Shown here piece by piece: positions 13,183 to 27,274 of a DNA stretch of 64,000 bases; the first letter of the stretch is position 1, and every line of letters begins with the position of its first letter. The notes beneath the pieces are model-generated. The model was given only the letters and a program-made list of their open reading frames with translations, ran no database searches and was not told the origin of the DNA. The DNA is taken from assembly GCF_001194135.2 (NCBI RefSeq), contig NC_068998.1, forward strand, positions 53,165,097-53,229,096. The letters are read 5' to 3'. Made by a program: the position numbers and the translations under genes. This DNA comes from Octopus bimaculoides. Lineage: Eukaryota.

Positions 13183-15446
13183 TTCTTAAATTACTTGATT
13201 TCCTGTTACGAAAGGCAGATTAATGTTGAATAATGGAATCCTAGTCATTCAGTGTCCGAACATGAACGAAATGGCAGTTTTAGGATTGTATTTGATAAGC
13301 CTCCATATTTATGGTTGAGCAAGTGACTGACAAAGTGAACAACAACACTAACTCGCTGAATAGTTTACAAACGCAACCACATTATTCTGAAATCACGTAT
13401 TACATTCTTTAAAAACAACAATGTAAAAGGACTTTGCATAATGTTGCTCAAGATGAACAAAATAAAAAAAATAAAACAGATTGGTTTTGATCAGAGGTGT
13501 AATCTGCAAAGTCTGTCAAGAATGATAACAAAGTAGAATGTCCGATCACATTATCAATTGAGAGAGAAGGAAGTAATGGTTAATAAGTTTCTTCAGCCTT
13601 GTTTTATGTTGCATCACCATTTCAATGAAAATAGCTTTTCCAGCTTCGGATCAAGTTTCGACTTGCTTTGGTTCTTGATAATCGAGGTGGTGTTGACACT
13701 TGTACACTATAAATGATCGAATCACAAATACACATTAGTAGAGTTCAAACATACAAACAGCATCTCTTCTAATAATAAGTCAAGTAATGTATTATGGGTT
13801 TGGCTTGCATCAAACTAGTATAAAAATACATATTGAGTGGCTAAAGAACTAAAGCGGGGAAGAATATACAAATAAATCAATAAATAAAAGGAAGAGAAAG
13901 TGACATTTCGGATGGATGCTCTCTATCAAGATAGGCAGGAGGAGAGGAGGATAATACAAAGCAAAAACAGAAAGGTTGTGTTATTCTGAATTACACCAAC
14001 TTGCTTTTTACAACCTTAAAATATATTTATTCTCTTTTCTTTCCACTTATCTTGACAAATGACAACTGCGTGAATCATCAATTTCTTTGCTTTCACTTCT
14101 CATTGCAGTACAAACCATCCAAACATCTCTTGGTTGTTCTACTCCTGTATTTATTTGTGAGCCACTCTATATAAATCACATTTATTCCTGTCCCACGCAT
14201 GAAAGAAAATGTGTATTAAGAGTAATTCATTTGCATGAAAACAGTAATTTTTCCATCTTACAGAGTGTGTATCTGTAGCGTCCTTCATAGGTCGAAGGCA
14301 TTTTAGACATAATGGTTACAACTTAATTACAAATCAAAAATGCAATAATACAAAATAAACATAGGTACCCAGAAAAGGATGCGAACCACGACGTACGGGT
14401 ATATATAGTATGCCAAGATTCTGAGAGATATGCTATCATCACAGTCTCCTCCTCTCGTGTGACTACACATTCTGGAAAGTTCCCTCTTCACCTACATACT
14501 AATTATACTTTGTGGCCTAAATATGGCCTAGTAATGTATCTGGTGTTGAATTATTTATGCCAGATCTACGCTTTGGAACTTGTGTTATTAGTGTTACTTC
14601 AATATAGAGAGGAAGCCTTATATTTTGAGGAAATGTGTAAGTTCGGTTAATTTGACTAACAGTAACTAACCGGTAATTATTTTTTCGTTACAGAAGCATA
14701 AATTTCTTGGACGACTTCCAAATGAAATGATGTAAAACAAAACTAGATACACAAAGTGCTTAGTTACACACTCGATTATTTGTGCAAATCCACTACTACC
14801 AAAATATTAGACATTTTTATTGCTAATATAGACATGCTATCGCCACAGAGCTTTCTTCTTTGAATGGTTAGCGTACACTGGTACCAAGAACTTTCAGTGT
14901 ATCTAAACTAAACTAGCTCTTTCGTGCTTTCAAATCGTTTACTACGTGATAAATCCTTTATTAGGAGATACAATTCTGCTACAGATTCTATGTAACGACG
15001 GCGACTCCATTGGGAGAATCATCGTAAGTTGTAAATAAATTCTGAACAATCTGAACATTTCGTGTGAATGGCAAATATTCTATACAATCTGTTCTTTCGG
15101 TAGGAATAGTTTCTAAGTATTTATGCAGACGAGATATTTTGAAGCATTCGCTGGTAATAATTCAGTCAAAATGTAAGGAGACTCTCAAGGTATTTCCATA
15201 GTATTACGTTTTCTCGAAAGATAATTTCAGGAATTTAATATTTTTTTATTGCAGTGTGGAAGGTGTTTATAAGCCGTTTAAAAACACACAAAAAAAAACC
15301 GTTAGAATCACTTCAAAATTTAAATTTCATTTGCCAAAATATTTCCGTCGCTTTGAGACCACGACCTGTTCACTGACAAAATTCTGTGCTGCCGTTCCGG
15401 CACACGACCTCAGATCAGGTCACTTGCTATGCAAGTATATCACAGT

Positions 15447-15447
15447 A

Positions 15448-15504
<57 letters not shown>

Positions 15505-15514
15505 GTAGTTGTTA

Positions 15515-15545
<31 letters not shown>

Positions 15546-15587
15546 AGTTGTTTTTGTTGTTGTTATCATTATTAATATTATTATTGG
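15447..15587. repeat. (ATT)n microsatellite with GTT variants
   Basis: Direct reading; source of the poly-Ile and poly-Asn ORFs. Confidence 0.95.
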
Positions 15588-16693
15588 AGAATGGGTGTCT
15601 CTGTCTATATACATGCACACATGCATATATGGACTTATGTTTATCAGAGTATATATGCAACGTGAGAAAGGCTTGAGCTAATTCTCATCCTATAGAGATA
15701 TATAACAGAACATATTCCGACTTTTGACATAAATGTCAAGTTTCATATGAATGGGATCTCAATTTGTTTGAAAGTTACTTTGCTTTGATTCTCTGTGTTA
15801 TATGTTATGAGGATCACAGTTTGGCAGGATCAAACATTTGATGGCGGGCGAAATCCAGAGAGTGTTTCCTCCAGCCACAGCAGTGAAACAATATGAATCC
15901 ACACACTCACGCTGGATCCGACATACCAACACATATACACATGTACATGGGTATATATTCATTTATGCATATATGACTCTCTCTCTTTCTCCATGAATAT
16001 ATATATATATATATATATATGATGGGTAGGTCTATGTGTTAAGACTTTTGTGGATATTTATCTATCCTTCTGTACGTAATCATACGCACACATTCGAGTG
16101 TATTCGAGAGCGTGAGAGAGAGAGGGGGAGTGAGAGAGAAAGAGAGAGAAATGAAATAATTCGATTGAATATAAATACATTATCAAATATGAAATATAAC
16201 TGGATATATACCATCAGCTGCCATCAAAGTCTCTTCTCATATCAATATAATGTGAAACATATCCGCATCAACTCCAATTTGGAAATGTTTGTCCTTTGAT
16301 TTTAAGTGATATATATTTAAGTATTACAGATTGCAGAATATATGATTGCAATGTCGAATTGTGTTGGAATTATCAATGAAATTGAATCAAATATTTACCT
16401 TCGATAACGCTGTATGTTTCATAAATCGCTTCTCATTTTTACTCATATATGATTTTGGAATATGTCTCTGTGTTTGAAGATATGTCAATTAGACGCTATT
16501 TGTTCATTCTATTTCGTCCTTCTATCTGCGTGTATCTATGATGAAAAATAGATGGCCAGACACGATGCAGCTTTATTTCTATTCTATGAAACTCCCTGAG
16601 AAAATTCCCCAAATTTCCAAATGGTCGTAACATGTTGGATATTTTACTGATCCTTCAAACATTTATACACCGATGAAGAAAGAGTAAGTCATT

Positions 16694-16865
16694 TGAGCAG
16701 GCCGCCTTGTTTGAATGCCTGATATATAATTCATTAAGAGACTGCTTTACGGTGAACTGGCGAAGGGCAAACACACAACGTGGAGAGAAAGAGCGCTTCA
16801 AGGATACATTTAAAGCATCAGTGAAGAGCTTTTAGATCAACCCTGAAAGCTACCCTGACTGGCGA
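16694..16865 (+). mobile_element. Decayed RTE-clade LINE, ORF2 C-terminal fragment
   Basis: Translates with stops and frameshifts as *AGRLV*MPD...LLYGELAKGK...FKDTFKASVKSF*INPES, matching the RTE/BovB-type pattern WAGHxxRMPD..LLYGELxxGKR..R(F/Y)KDTLKxSLK. Confidence 0.75.
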
Positions 16866-16868
16866 ATC

Positions 16869-16950
16869 TGGTACTTGATTTGTCCACCACGAAATGATGA
16901 AAGGCAAAGTCGACATCGGCAGAGTTTGAACTCAGAACGTAATGGACGAA
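16869..16950 (-). mobile_element. SINE family A core fragment abutting the RTE remnant
   Basis: gatgaaaggcaaagtcgacatcggcagagtttgaactcagaacgtaa. Confidence 0.85.
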
Positions 16951-17127
16951 TTAATGATAAAAATAATGTAGCTGCGATTTTTAGTTTATAGTTTGACTTA
17001 TGACGTGAAAGGTTCTTTTATAAAATCGTATGACTTTTCTTCTGATATTAGCACACGGGCAACAACTTTTCAGGAGAGTAATCTTGTCGATACGACCGAA
17101 TTCCATGCTTAATTATCCCTTGGATAT

Positions 17128-17190
17128 ATCGATCCCATAAGGATGAAATGCAAGATTGGACTCGGTGAGATTTCAACTCTGAATGTAAAA
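17128..17190 (-). mobile_element. Degenerate SINE family A core fragment
   Basis: tatcgatcccataaggatgaaatgcaag...atttcaactctgaatgtaa. Confidence 0.55.
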
Positions 17191-17766
17191 AAACAGAAGG
17201 GAGACAGTAAAGTAGTTTTCCAGTTTTCTGCTGCTCTAACCATTCTGTCAACTTAATTCCTTGTTGATTCCCATTTAACGCAAACTTAACTGCTAATGAG
17301 TTTCGTTATCACACATCATATTAAATATTTCATATCCACAGAGACGAGGCAGCTAATCTGCTAAATACAGTGTGTGTTACAAAAGATTATATAGAAACAA
17401 AGAACTACCTCAGACTCTATATTTTTCATTTATTGAATTTTTCTATTCACAGAATAGAACATTAAAAAAAATTCGTTGCGATGATTTGATTGATAAACGA
17501 CTATAAACTATAAAGTGTTCAATCATCGTCGCCATCAAACTCAACTTCACATCATTGCGTAATAGAAATTTAATTTGTACTCATATATTTATATGTGCCA
17601 TCATTTTTATTATGTTTTGACCATTTCATCACCAGACCATCTGAAGATGCCTGTTGGAATCGGAAAATTTTTCGCAGTTTATTATATAAACAAGGATAGA
17701 TTACACTCAACTAGTTGTCAATTCAATAATATTCTCTCCATGTTCATCACTGGCCAGTGTATATAT

Positions 17767-17830
17767 GTGGTCGAATGGTAAGGGTTGCTCTCACGATCGC
17801 TGAAACATGGGTTCGATTCCGGGGAAGTGT
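17767..17830 (+). pseudogene. tRNA-like remnant (SINE head or tRNA pseudogene)
   Basis: A-box tggtcgaatggt and B-box gggttcgattcc at tRNA-like spacing; no intact cloverleaf seen. Confidence 0.55.
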
Positions 17831-20728
17831 TTTGCAAAACAGTCTATTTCGCCCCGGACTATCAGACAGAAATAGAAATGTTTTTGGAGGACGGTGTTTG
17901 ACAAATATGTTATTCAAGGCATTTCTTTGTTTATATTTCCCCATTGCAGCATAACCAAAAGATGTAACTGCATCATGTACTTGCTGGGGAAGTTTTGATT
18001 TTTAAAATTAGAAGTCAATAGATGAAGCTTCCTAATAGCATATGTTTATTCATTTTCAATCGATTTAGAAAATTATCTGCGATTTATTTAGAAGTTGAGT
18101 GTTTATCAGTAGAAATATTGCCAGCGATACCAAGCTGAACGAAATATAATCTTTGTAAGTTTTGGCACTGAGAGATTCAAAGAAACGGTATTCGTTAAGA
18201 AGTATTAGAAAGATTTAGAGATCGGATCTTCATCAACAGAGACCTAGTAATAGTGGCTGGTGCATCGAAATGGAGCGTCTTTATCCCCAGATTCATTACT
18301 AGTAAATCTTGTATCTTTTTAATGCAACAGTAAGCCTTTACTTTCGGCTTCAACCATTATCGTTACCCTGCATTGCGACTCTCTTCTCTTTTTAAATCCA
18401 TCAACAGACTTCCAAATCCACGATGGTTCAGACGGTTTATGCTCTTATTTGAAGATTTCTATTTCACGGCTGTTTATTGCTATCTTAGAATAAAATTAAC
18501 CAGAAATATTAATGCTTGCTAATTAGTTACTATAATATATTTAAGCATAATACTATTATAGAATGACTTGTTTTACACAATGGTTGATATCTCTTGGGCG
18601 CATGTCCGTATCTCTATTTCATTTACAACCATTTCATATCAAATGCCTGTTGCTCTGACAATTCAGAAACAGAAACTCTCTGTGGAATACCAGATATGTC
18701 TATCATTTTCTATCCCAACAATATCAATTACCTTACAATAATATTCTAAGTTACCAGAGAAGAAAAACATATTATAATCGAAGCCGATCTGCAAGATATG
18801 ACAGCCGAACATTTTCGAAGAGTTCTTGAAAATAGATCGATGCTTTTGTAGTTGGTTTGCCTTTCGGGTGAGGACTAAAAATAGAACAACTTTAGCACTA
18901 ACAACAGCGGCTCGTACTCAGTCCTGTGTACTCATTAATTCATTTGTTTTGTTTGTGGTAGACATTAAGGAAGCTACCAAGTAAATTAATATCGATTAAA
19001 AATTTCTATAACAGTATTTCTATAAGGCTGATCGAGAATAGATTGATATTAAGTTTCTGTAATATATTTGAACAGGAAAGAAAAAAAAGCATGAGGTAAA
19101 ACACGTTAAGATTACGTCCGAAATGCAACCGTAGAGGTTTCTAGTTCTTGCAGTTACATTAAATATCAGTGTCAGCGCCTAAGTTTTTTTTCTTTTTATT
19201 GTATGAAATATTTTAACCAGAATCTTGTAATCTTCTGTTTTGTTGCCTTTCATTTATCAGGAATATTGTGGTGTCTGATATATCGTTTCTATATCAGCCA
19301 ATATCAGCCACTTTTATCCAGGTGTCATGTTCTCTGCTTCGAGCAATCTTGGTCGTAATGAGTTCTTCACTACCCACGCTCCAACTCGGAATTCTTTGGC
19401 ATCTTTTGCTGCCGGTACTGCATAGATTCCCATCTTATATTGGATTAACTTTCGATAAAATCATTTTCAAGTAGAGTGATGCTGTTTGTTTTGTTCAGAG
19501 AATTGTTCTAACTGCTTTCTATACTGACTGATTCGTTCTGATTAAGCATAAACGTCTTGTCGAACGCTTTCTTGGTCTTCCACCAATTCATTTCTCATAA
19601 AATTTTAAAAACTTTCTTTGGACTTGTTTAAAGACGCACAGAATGCCGAAGATATTTTCGTAGTCAAGGAATTCCGTGCTCAGGTTGGTTTCTTTCTACA
19701 CTATGTGATTACATCTTTTTGATCATTTATTGCTAATTACTGATTTATGTGGCCTTGTAACTCTTCTATTTTTCGGGTAATTTTACTTTGTCCACTTTTT
19801 AAGGAGTTCTAATTAATATAATTGCTATTTAGTTCTCATTAGCTCAAAGACAGCAGGATACGGTTCAGGATACTTAATATGTTCCGTTGTTTCTTTAGTT
19901 TTGTCAATTAAATCGATTTCGTCTCAAAGAGTCATTGAGACGCTGTCTCCGACTCTATCGATATCTTATGAGACCAGATCTGCCAGCACTTTATCCTTTG
20001 CTTTTAAATAATTTAACTAGAAACTCGACAACTAGAATGCTGTCACATTTCGGTTCTTTCATCTTTTGTACCAAAGTGATCCTCCGTTTTGTATGAACTA
20101 CCAAGTTTGAATAATCTTTCCTTTGGTGATGTCTGCGTTGACAATACTCCACCCTAAATTTCTTCTAGGTTCCGAGTTCTTTATGCTGCTTAAATATTCT
20201 ATTCATTCTTACAAGGTTGTTAACATTGAATTTGTTTCAAGTGAAAATCTTTTGTTTGTTCAACGAATCGCTGGTGGTTTTCTAGGAGCGGTTTCGTTGC
20301 TATTTAGCAAAAATCTTTTGTTTCAGTCATTCATTGAATTTGGATAATCATTATTCATTTGCTTGTTATATTTTCTCTTTTGTACTATTTGTTTCTCCGT
20401 TTTTCAGTTGTCTCATTTCATTATTCAATTAAACAAGGCTTGGACGAAATTTTCTCTTTTCTATCGTTTTCTATATGATCATTTGCTATATTGTTCGCTT
20501 AGTTTTTTTCTCATTTCTTTGAGTACACGTGAAGGTGAACCAACTCACCTTTCAAGCTAAAGCGTCTACTGCAGATAATAGTTTCTTCAACCTTGAGATA
20601 TTGACCTTCGTAACTGATTTCATTTAGTTGTTGTTCGTCATGTTAGCATCATTTATTATAATTGTGTTATCGTTTAAGTATTACTGATCGGTAATAATAC
20701 GTAAAAACAACGATTTTTATTTTTTATC

Positions 20729-21076
20729 TTTTTCTGGATTCAGTCATTCAGCATAGTTTTAGTGGAACAAATCGACCCCAGTAATTAATTTTTCGTGTCT
20801 GCTACCTGTTTAGCCGTCAACGTACAGGGACATAAAACAAGACCACACCGGTTGCCAGGCGGGTAACGTAATAAGCACCGACCGAATGACACACAATCAC
20901 ACACACGCATATATTGACACGCATACACACACACATAGTCAACAGGCTTTCTCACATATTTCATCTACTAAATTCACGCATCGGGACGATAGTAGAAGAC
21001 CTCAACCCTGGCGCCACGCTGTGAAACTGAACTCAAAACCTCGCGGTTACAAAGTCAGTTGCTTAACCATAGAACT
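20729..21076 (-). mobile_element. SINE family B, degenerate full length: tRNA head, CORE-like part, short internal (CA)n, tail
   Basis: Reverse complement shows tggttaagca...gagttcagtttcacagcgtggcgcc...gtcttctactat...tagtagatgaaa, colinear with 60879-61040; tail matches 27290-27475. Confidence 0.7.
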
Positions 21077-23898
21077 ATGTAATTTTAATTTTTGCTACTT
21101 TTACTCTTATTGCCATGTTGAAAATTTCCAAATCGCATAGATCCATCACTACCTTTCCTTTTATGTTTCTCCTCATCAGTATTCTATTATATTCTAAAGT
21201 ATTGGTGTCTATAATGTACGAATGTACGACAGCAGATATGAATATTGTGTCAGTTACCATCTTAGCGTTGGGTTTCATTCTCTCCATAACAATCATATCA
21301 TCTTGACCAGCTTAAAATCAAGGCAAGAGTGCACCAAACGTCTACTCTACAAGCAAGTGTTAGCAATTTGCTACGGGATCAAATAATTCACGTACTTCAA
21401 ATACCGTGATTATTACGAAATGGACAAGAGGGTAATGTCCGTAAATGATACGTAAGCAGACTTATTGAAAATTATTATAGACGGCTTAAAGAAGCCAGTT
21501 TGAAAATGTGATAGGAATGGAAAATGATTAGTATCACCTTGTGCTCTGATTGAACTTCGTGGACGAGTCGCCCCTTTGATATTATTTGTCTTATGGCTCA
21601 TACTTAACGTAAAGAAACGTTTGTTGAAATATTCAATAATTATATAAGACAATCTGGGACATCTTTATCAATTTCAAATATGTATAAAATATACGAACGA
21701 ATTATTGAAATTAGATAATTAAATTTGTTAACTGACTAAATATTGATTATTTTAAAGTTTCCTCTTTTTGAGCGTTGATTAATGCAATATTTGTTTACAT
21801 ATCACAGCCACGGTACATAAATAAAAGTGTACTGAAGGAATGAAGGCCATGGTTTCATTGCAGCTAAATATGAATCTACAATTATGTAAATTCCAGATTA
21901 AATACTTATCTATTCAAACACCACTTCAGTGAAAACAACATTTTGGAAAACATTTTCATCTCTTTTATCTCACTAACTTGTCTGCTTACAATTCATCCTC
22001 TTCTCATTTGCATTCAAATATAAATCAAACAAAGAAAAAAGAAACAATCCAGCAAACAAATAATATAAACAAACAAAAACAAACGGAATATTACTGCCTG
22101 AACGTGTTGTTTTTGTTTTTTTTTTCATAATTTAAACATAAAATAAATATCATTTATCGAATTATCGAAATCAAAGATTTCTATATTTCAGTGAATCATT
22201 TCTTTTTCCAGTCTTTGTACTTTTATACAAAATATAACGAAAAGTAAATAGATAATTTAGAATTATGAGAACGAATAAATATTTCTTTCCGATGAAACAA
22301 TTCGACAGTAATATCTAAATTTTTCTATTAAAGTTACAGAATAACTATATTTTTTTTATGTTCAAGATGGTATTTAGGAAAAAGAAAAACATGATTCTAG
22401 AGACATGTTGAGATAAATATTGAGATGAGTCATTATATCCAATGTGTATGTAAACACTAAGAGTGAACAGCTTTTTATTTCTTTTTATTGTGTAAATTGC
22501 GAATATCTCATCAGACACGAAATCTGTAACGTGATGTTTCGAGCCAGATATATTTCATGGATAATGGGTTTTTTATCCGAAGTGGCACATACTCTTTCCG
22601 ACTGTTTCTCAATTCTAAAACAGGTGCGGTAAAGTTTGCCCTTACTCCCCACTACTGGATGAGTAGAATACGGTAGCAGTGAAGTGGGGGTATCCATGCT
22701 ATCGACTATTCTAACCCTGGAAACATTCTGGCCTATTTCCTAAACCAGAAACAATTATAATCGTATTGTTATTGGTAGTAATGTTCATTCTTGTTAAGCT
22801 TCATACTAGTCCTGATCACCGAAGTCTATGAAGCGAAAGCTTTGCAATTATTCCCGTTTTCCAGATACCTAAGATAGCTTTCGCTACAGTCTCTTTCTTT
22901 TTACTTAGACGGTACAATGAGAATGGGGGTCGATTGTGGTTGTTATATCTACCAGCTTAATGACCATATAAGTGTTTCCTTGTCAGTGATATTTGTAAGT
23001 GATGATATACATAACAATGCGATACGATAGAAATGGTAGTTAATCCCAATGAGAACAATGAGGACGAAAAACATTGTTTATATTATGTACGTGTTATAGT
23101 TAATGATAATAGTTTTCTATACAATTTCGTCTCTCTTCATTCGATCTACAAGGAGATATCCTTTAGGATTATATTATAAGATACAATAGACATCAGTTTC
23201 CGTATCAGAACCACCAATTTTATCGTATTCTTTTAACATATACTCGTTGCAGCTGTTTAGTCTAGACATGGATTACTATGCGGTTCACTAACAACACATA
23301 GTTTTACAAAATCACGCGTAAGACTGAAAAATTTAGATACGAAAGTAATCTATATTCCAGACAAATTCAAAATTAAGCTTGAATATTTTCAATTTACACG
23401 CGTCTGCAATATTTTCTGTGTTGTTTTCTAAAACTAAGAAGTCACGAAAGTCTGTGTCCATGCTTTAATTTTAATTTTCTTCGTAAATGTACCATAATGA
23501 CCAATAAGTATCAGCCTTCATTTCTTAGATTATACTTAGACGAAGCAATAGCATAAACATATCATCAAACATACTTGGGCATTATATTAGAGTTTACAAA
23601 GAAAATGTGTGAAAGCATTTAATCAATAGTACCTACATTAATGATATGTATAGAATAAAATTTAGAATCTCTAGCACCATGGTTTGATATCCATGAAAGT
23701 TGATACTTTATAAAATAAAACAACATCCTTTATGCCGAAACTGTAGCGTTCCAGAAGTAATACACAACTGTTACGTGTTAAAAGAATTATAAATAACCTT
23801 TAGGTATTAATAAGGAGGCTTAATATAGTATGAAAGTCCTAAGAAAAATTAATCAGCGTGCATATACAAACCCATTCGAAAATGTTTGTATCTTACAT

Positions 23899-24073
23899 CT
23901 TTCACTTGCTCTAGTCATTAGACTGCGGCCATGCTGGGTCGCCGCCTTCAAGTGTTTTTATTCGAATGAATCAACCGAACTGCTTGTTTTATTTAACCTG
24001 TTCCGTGCTCTTTCCGGTTGTTTTGACGAACCGGTAGGTAACGCCAAAACACCAATTCTAGCTGTGACGCGGC
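23899..24073 (-). mobile_element. SINE family B tail fragment ending at a telomeric repeat
   Basis: agtcattagactgcggccatgctgg...cgccttcaag is the reverse complement of the ttcaaagcagtgcc...tgaaac tail at 27422-27470. Confidence 0.65.
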
Positions 24074-24094
24074 AGGGTTAGGGTTAGGGTTAGG
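24074..24094 (+). repeat. Interstitial (TTAGGG)~3.5
   Basis: agggttagggttagggttagg. Confidence 0.85.
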
Positions 24095-24867
24095 TGCACT
24101 CGTCACTGTTCAATGACAGGAACAAATAAACAGTAAAAGTAAGATACATACATTTTATATACATACATATGCGTGTATATGTGTGTATATGTGTATGTGT
24201 GTGTGTGTGTATGTGTGTGTGTGTGTGTCTTTAAATTTGTATATTCACGCACGTACATTATTTTTGTTCTTTATGACAAATAGTAATGGTGGGGACTTAA
24301 GGTCTTGCGCCTGTCCTCACTGCATGGAGAGTCAATAAGCTGGGCAAAGAGCAAAACAGCTGCCCGTAAGTGAGAGAAAGTGGAATCAGTTGTATTCGTC
24401 TTTAGCTTATTACCGAAACTAATAGATGCTTCGGGCGCCTTGAATTAATTGCTACTAGGAGTTATAAAACAGCTATCTAGGGTACCAGTTTATAACCAGC
24501 CATTCCCCACTCTACGAATGTTCAACGGAGAATGATAGTTCGACAGAAATATGGAAATAGATAATTGACCCACTCTGTCGTTAGTTACAGATGAAATAAA
24601 AGCAATGTTATTTTCACTGTGCACGGAAACCAGGCATGGAAAAGGAATGTAGTGGTACTTATGATATTTGCTTCAAATGGAATATCTTTTGTTGCCAATT
24701 AAATTGTATTTGTACCTCTTAAAAGAACGGTCATGGCTTTGAAATAATTTAATCTCTCTTAATCGGTTTGTTGATCATATAAATTGACTTAATCTAAGTT
24801 TTGCTTGAATTAAGATACGCCATAGACTGTCATGAGAGTTTCTGTAACATACACACACACAAAGACA

Positions 24868-24917
<50 letters not shown>
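24868..24917. repeat. (CA)n microsatellite
   Basis: Direct reading. Confidence 0.95.
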
Positions 24918-24918
<1 letters not shown>

Positions 24919-26916
24919 TATATATATGTATATATGTATGTATGTATAAGTCATGTGTGCAAGTGTACATGTGTGAATTGTATATAGATCAAGTGAGCAG
25001 TGGTATGCTAGATAAATGATTGATTGCGGTAAACGAAAGTGAAAGTTCACAAAAGAAATTTTAAACTGTTTTATTTTCTTTTTATATAACTTTCATTTCC
25101 TTGTCGTTTCCTTTCACAATTTTATTTATTTGATTGCCATATTTTGATCTTCATAAAATATTGTGTTCAAGCTAGATTTTTTATTAGTTTTAAACATTTT
25201 CTCATATTTGTTTTTAATGAAATTAATAGATAGTAAAACATTTATTTTATGATAATTGTTTCCCGAAAATAATTAGAAATATTTCATCTTCCAGCAAGAT
25301 TATTTATAAAACAAATCAAAAAATATAGGTAGCACATACAAAGTCTGTGTTTGGCAAAAAAAAAAATCCTCGGTAAAACAACTGTGGTATTAATCATAGA
25401 ATTATTAGTAAGATGGAAACCAGCATAATCACGACGGGTGTTCAGAGGCTTATTAAAATCCGAGGACTTTATTACAGAAAAAATAATTACTGATAAAAAT
25501 CAATATTTTGTATAATATAAAGACTTGGTGCTCGAAGTTTCTTCTAAATTGTTGTGATTCCACTTGTATAGGTGTTATTGCATATATGTGGGTGAGTTAC
25601 ATAACTGGTATTAAGGGAAAAGTTTCTATAATGAAAATAAGGTTGTAAATAATATTGTTTCCAACTAAAATTAATATTCTTTGGTGTAACCACTGGAAAT
25701 AGTTTTGCAATTTTCCAATTTACTGTTTATAAGGCAGATATAATCAACCCTAGGGAATCCGAAACATGTAATATTAAAAAAACTAGCCTCTGCGTTGCAA
25801 GAATTTTAATTTCAGGCAGCTTTTATACAAGATAACATCAAACGGAAGATTGAACTTCATGAGTGTTTAGTGCTATCATTGCAAATGTAATCCACATACG
25901 CACATAGGCACACAGATATATACACACATAAATATGTACACACATAAACATACCCAAACAATAATTACAATAGCTTTTATCGCAGAATGTTCAGAATATC
26001 TTCCTGAATCTCCCTCAAAGTTTTGTTCTGAGTTTAGAACGATATATATTTTATAAATCTAAGATTACCAATAATCCTAATAGATCTAAAAGCTACAGAA
26101 AGATTGGTGAAGATGTAGAATTATGAATTAACTAAGGAAACAGAGGCTACAACTATTATTATGCTGGAACATCAGATAGAAATACATATTGCAATCAATA
26201 TGATCAACTGAAAATACTTAAAGGTAGGTACACGGCACAGATAGTGATCGAAGAATTTAAATTACTAAATAATTAGGAAATAAATGAATATGCAGATATA
26301 TTGTTTATATATGGAAATAGAGGCACAATCGCACACACTGTCACAGGCACATATAAATACATATATATATAATTAACATATATATACATATTATATATAT
26401 ATGTGAGTGTGTGCGTGCGTGTGTGTGTGTGTGTGATTATAAATCATTCGGGTTTAAAACTTGGAATTTTCTTTGCTTTAATAAGTTCGTCCACCGGTTT
26501 TGGCTGTCAGACATTAGTATACAACGGAAATCGATAATTTATTTATTATGCATCTGAACGTCCATAAATATCTGCAGAGTTTATATAATTAACAAAGAGC
26601 ATTCAGTGAGCAATTCGTTTTATTACATACTTTGACAATTGTTTCATCGATGTTTAATTAGAAGAATATTGCTCTATTATTATCCAATATACGTAAACCA
26701 TATGTTACATCGCTGTTACTATGCCAATACCACAAAGATATACACTCCTCATGTTTATGTTTAGAATCAATTTGATGAGTATATATTTTTCGTCCAGTGT
26801 ATAGTTATCGCTTCATTTCCATATCATAATTAATGGCAAAAATAAATACGTAACTAACCAGAAATTCAAATTAGCTGGTTAAGAAATATGATAAATCGAA
26901 GAGAAGAAAAAATAAA

Positions 26917-27215
26917 GGTAAGATGATTAAATAATGAACAGCTTCCTAACCACATGATTTTCGATTTTTACTGTTTTGGAGGTCTTACTGTTTGGCAACT
27001 TGGGCAAGTGTCTTGAAATTTCGCCTCAGTCCGACCAAACTCTTCTGAATGGATTTGATAGACGGAAACTGAAAGCAGCCCGTCGTGTATATATANNNNN
27101 NNNNNNNNNNNNNNNNNNNNNNNNNNNNNNNNNNNNNNNNNNNNNNNNNNNNNNNNNNNNNNNNNNNNNNNNNNNNNNNNNNNNNNNNNNNNNNNNNNNN
27201 NNNNNNNNNNNNNNN

Positions 27216-27274
<59 letters not shown>

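Noticed and set aside
15256-15681. 141-aa ORF with poly-Ile resembling a transmembrane segment
   Set aside because: The hydrophobic run is an (ATT)n microsatellite; the rest has no recognisable motif.
18200-20620. T-rich plus strand suggesting a decayed minus-strand LINE (KKAFD, GGRPRKR snippets)
   Set aside because: Motifs are short and conflict in order; cannot be supported without BLASTx. Similar weak hints at 10590-10730, 33000-33200, 37750-38150 and 56359-56547 are left uncalled.
21413-21652. Minus ORF with KGATRPRSSIR...SHFQTG, faintly like GIY-YIG
   Set aside because: No GIY or YIG motif; similarity is too weak.
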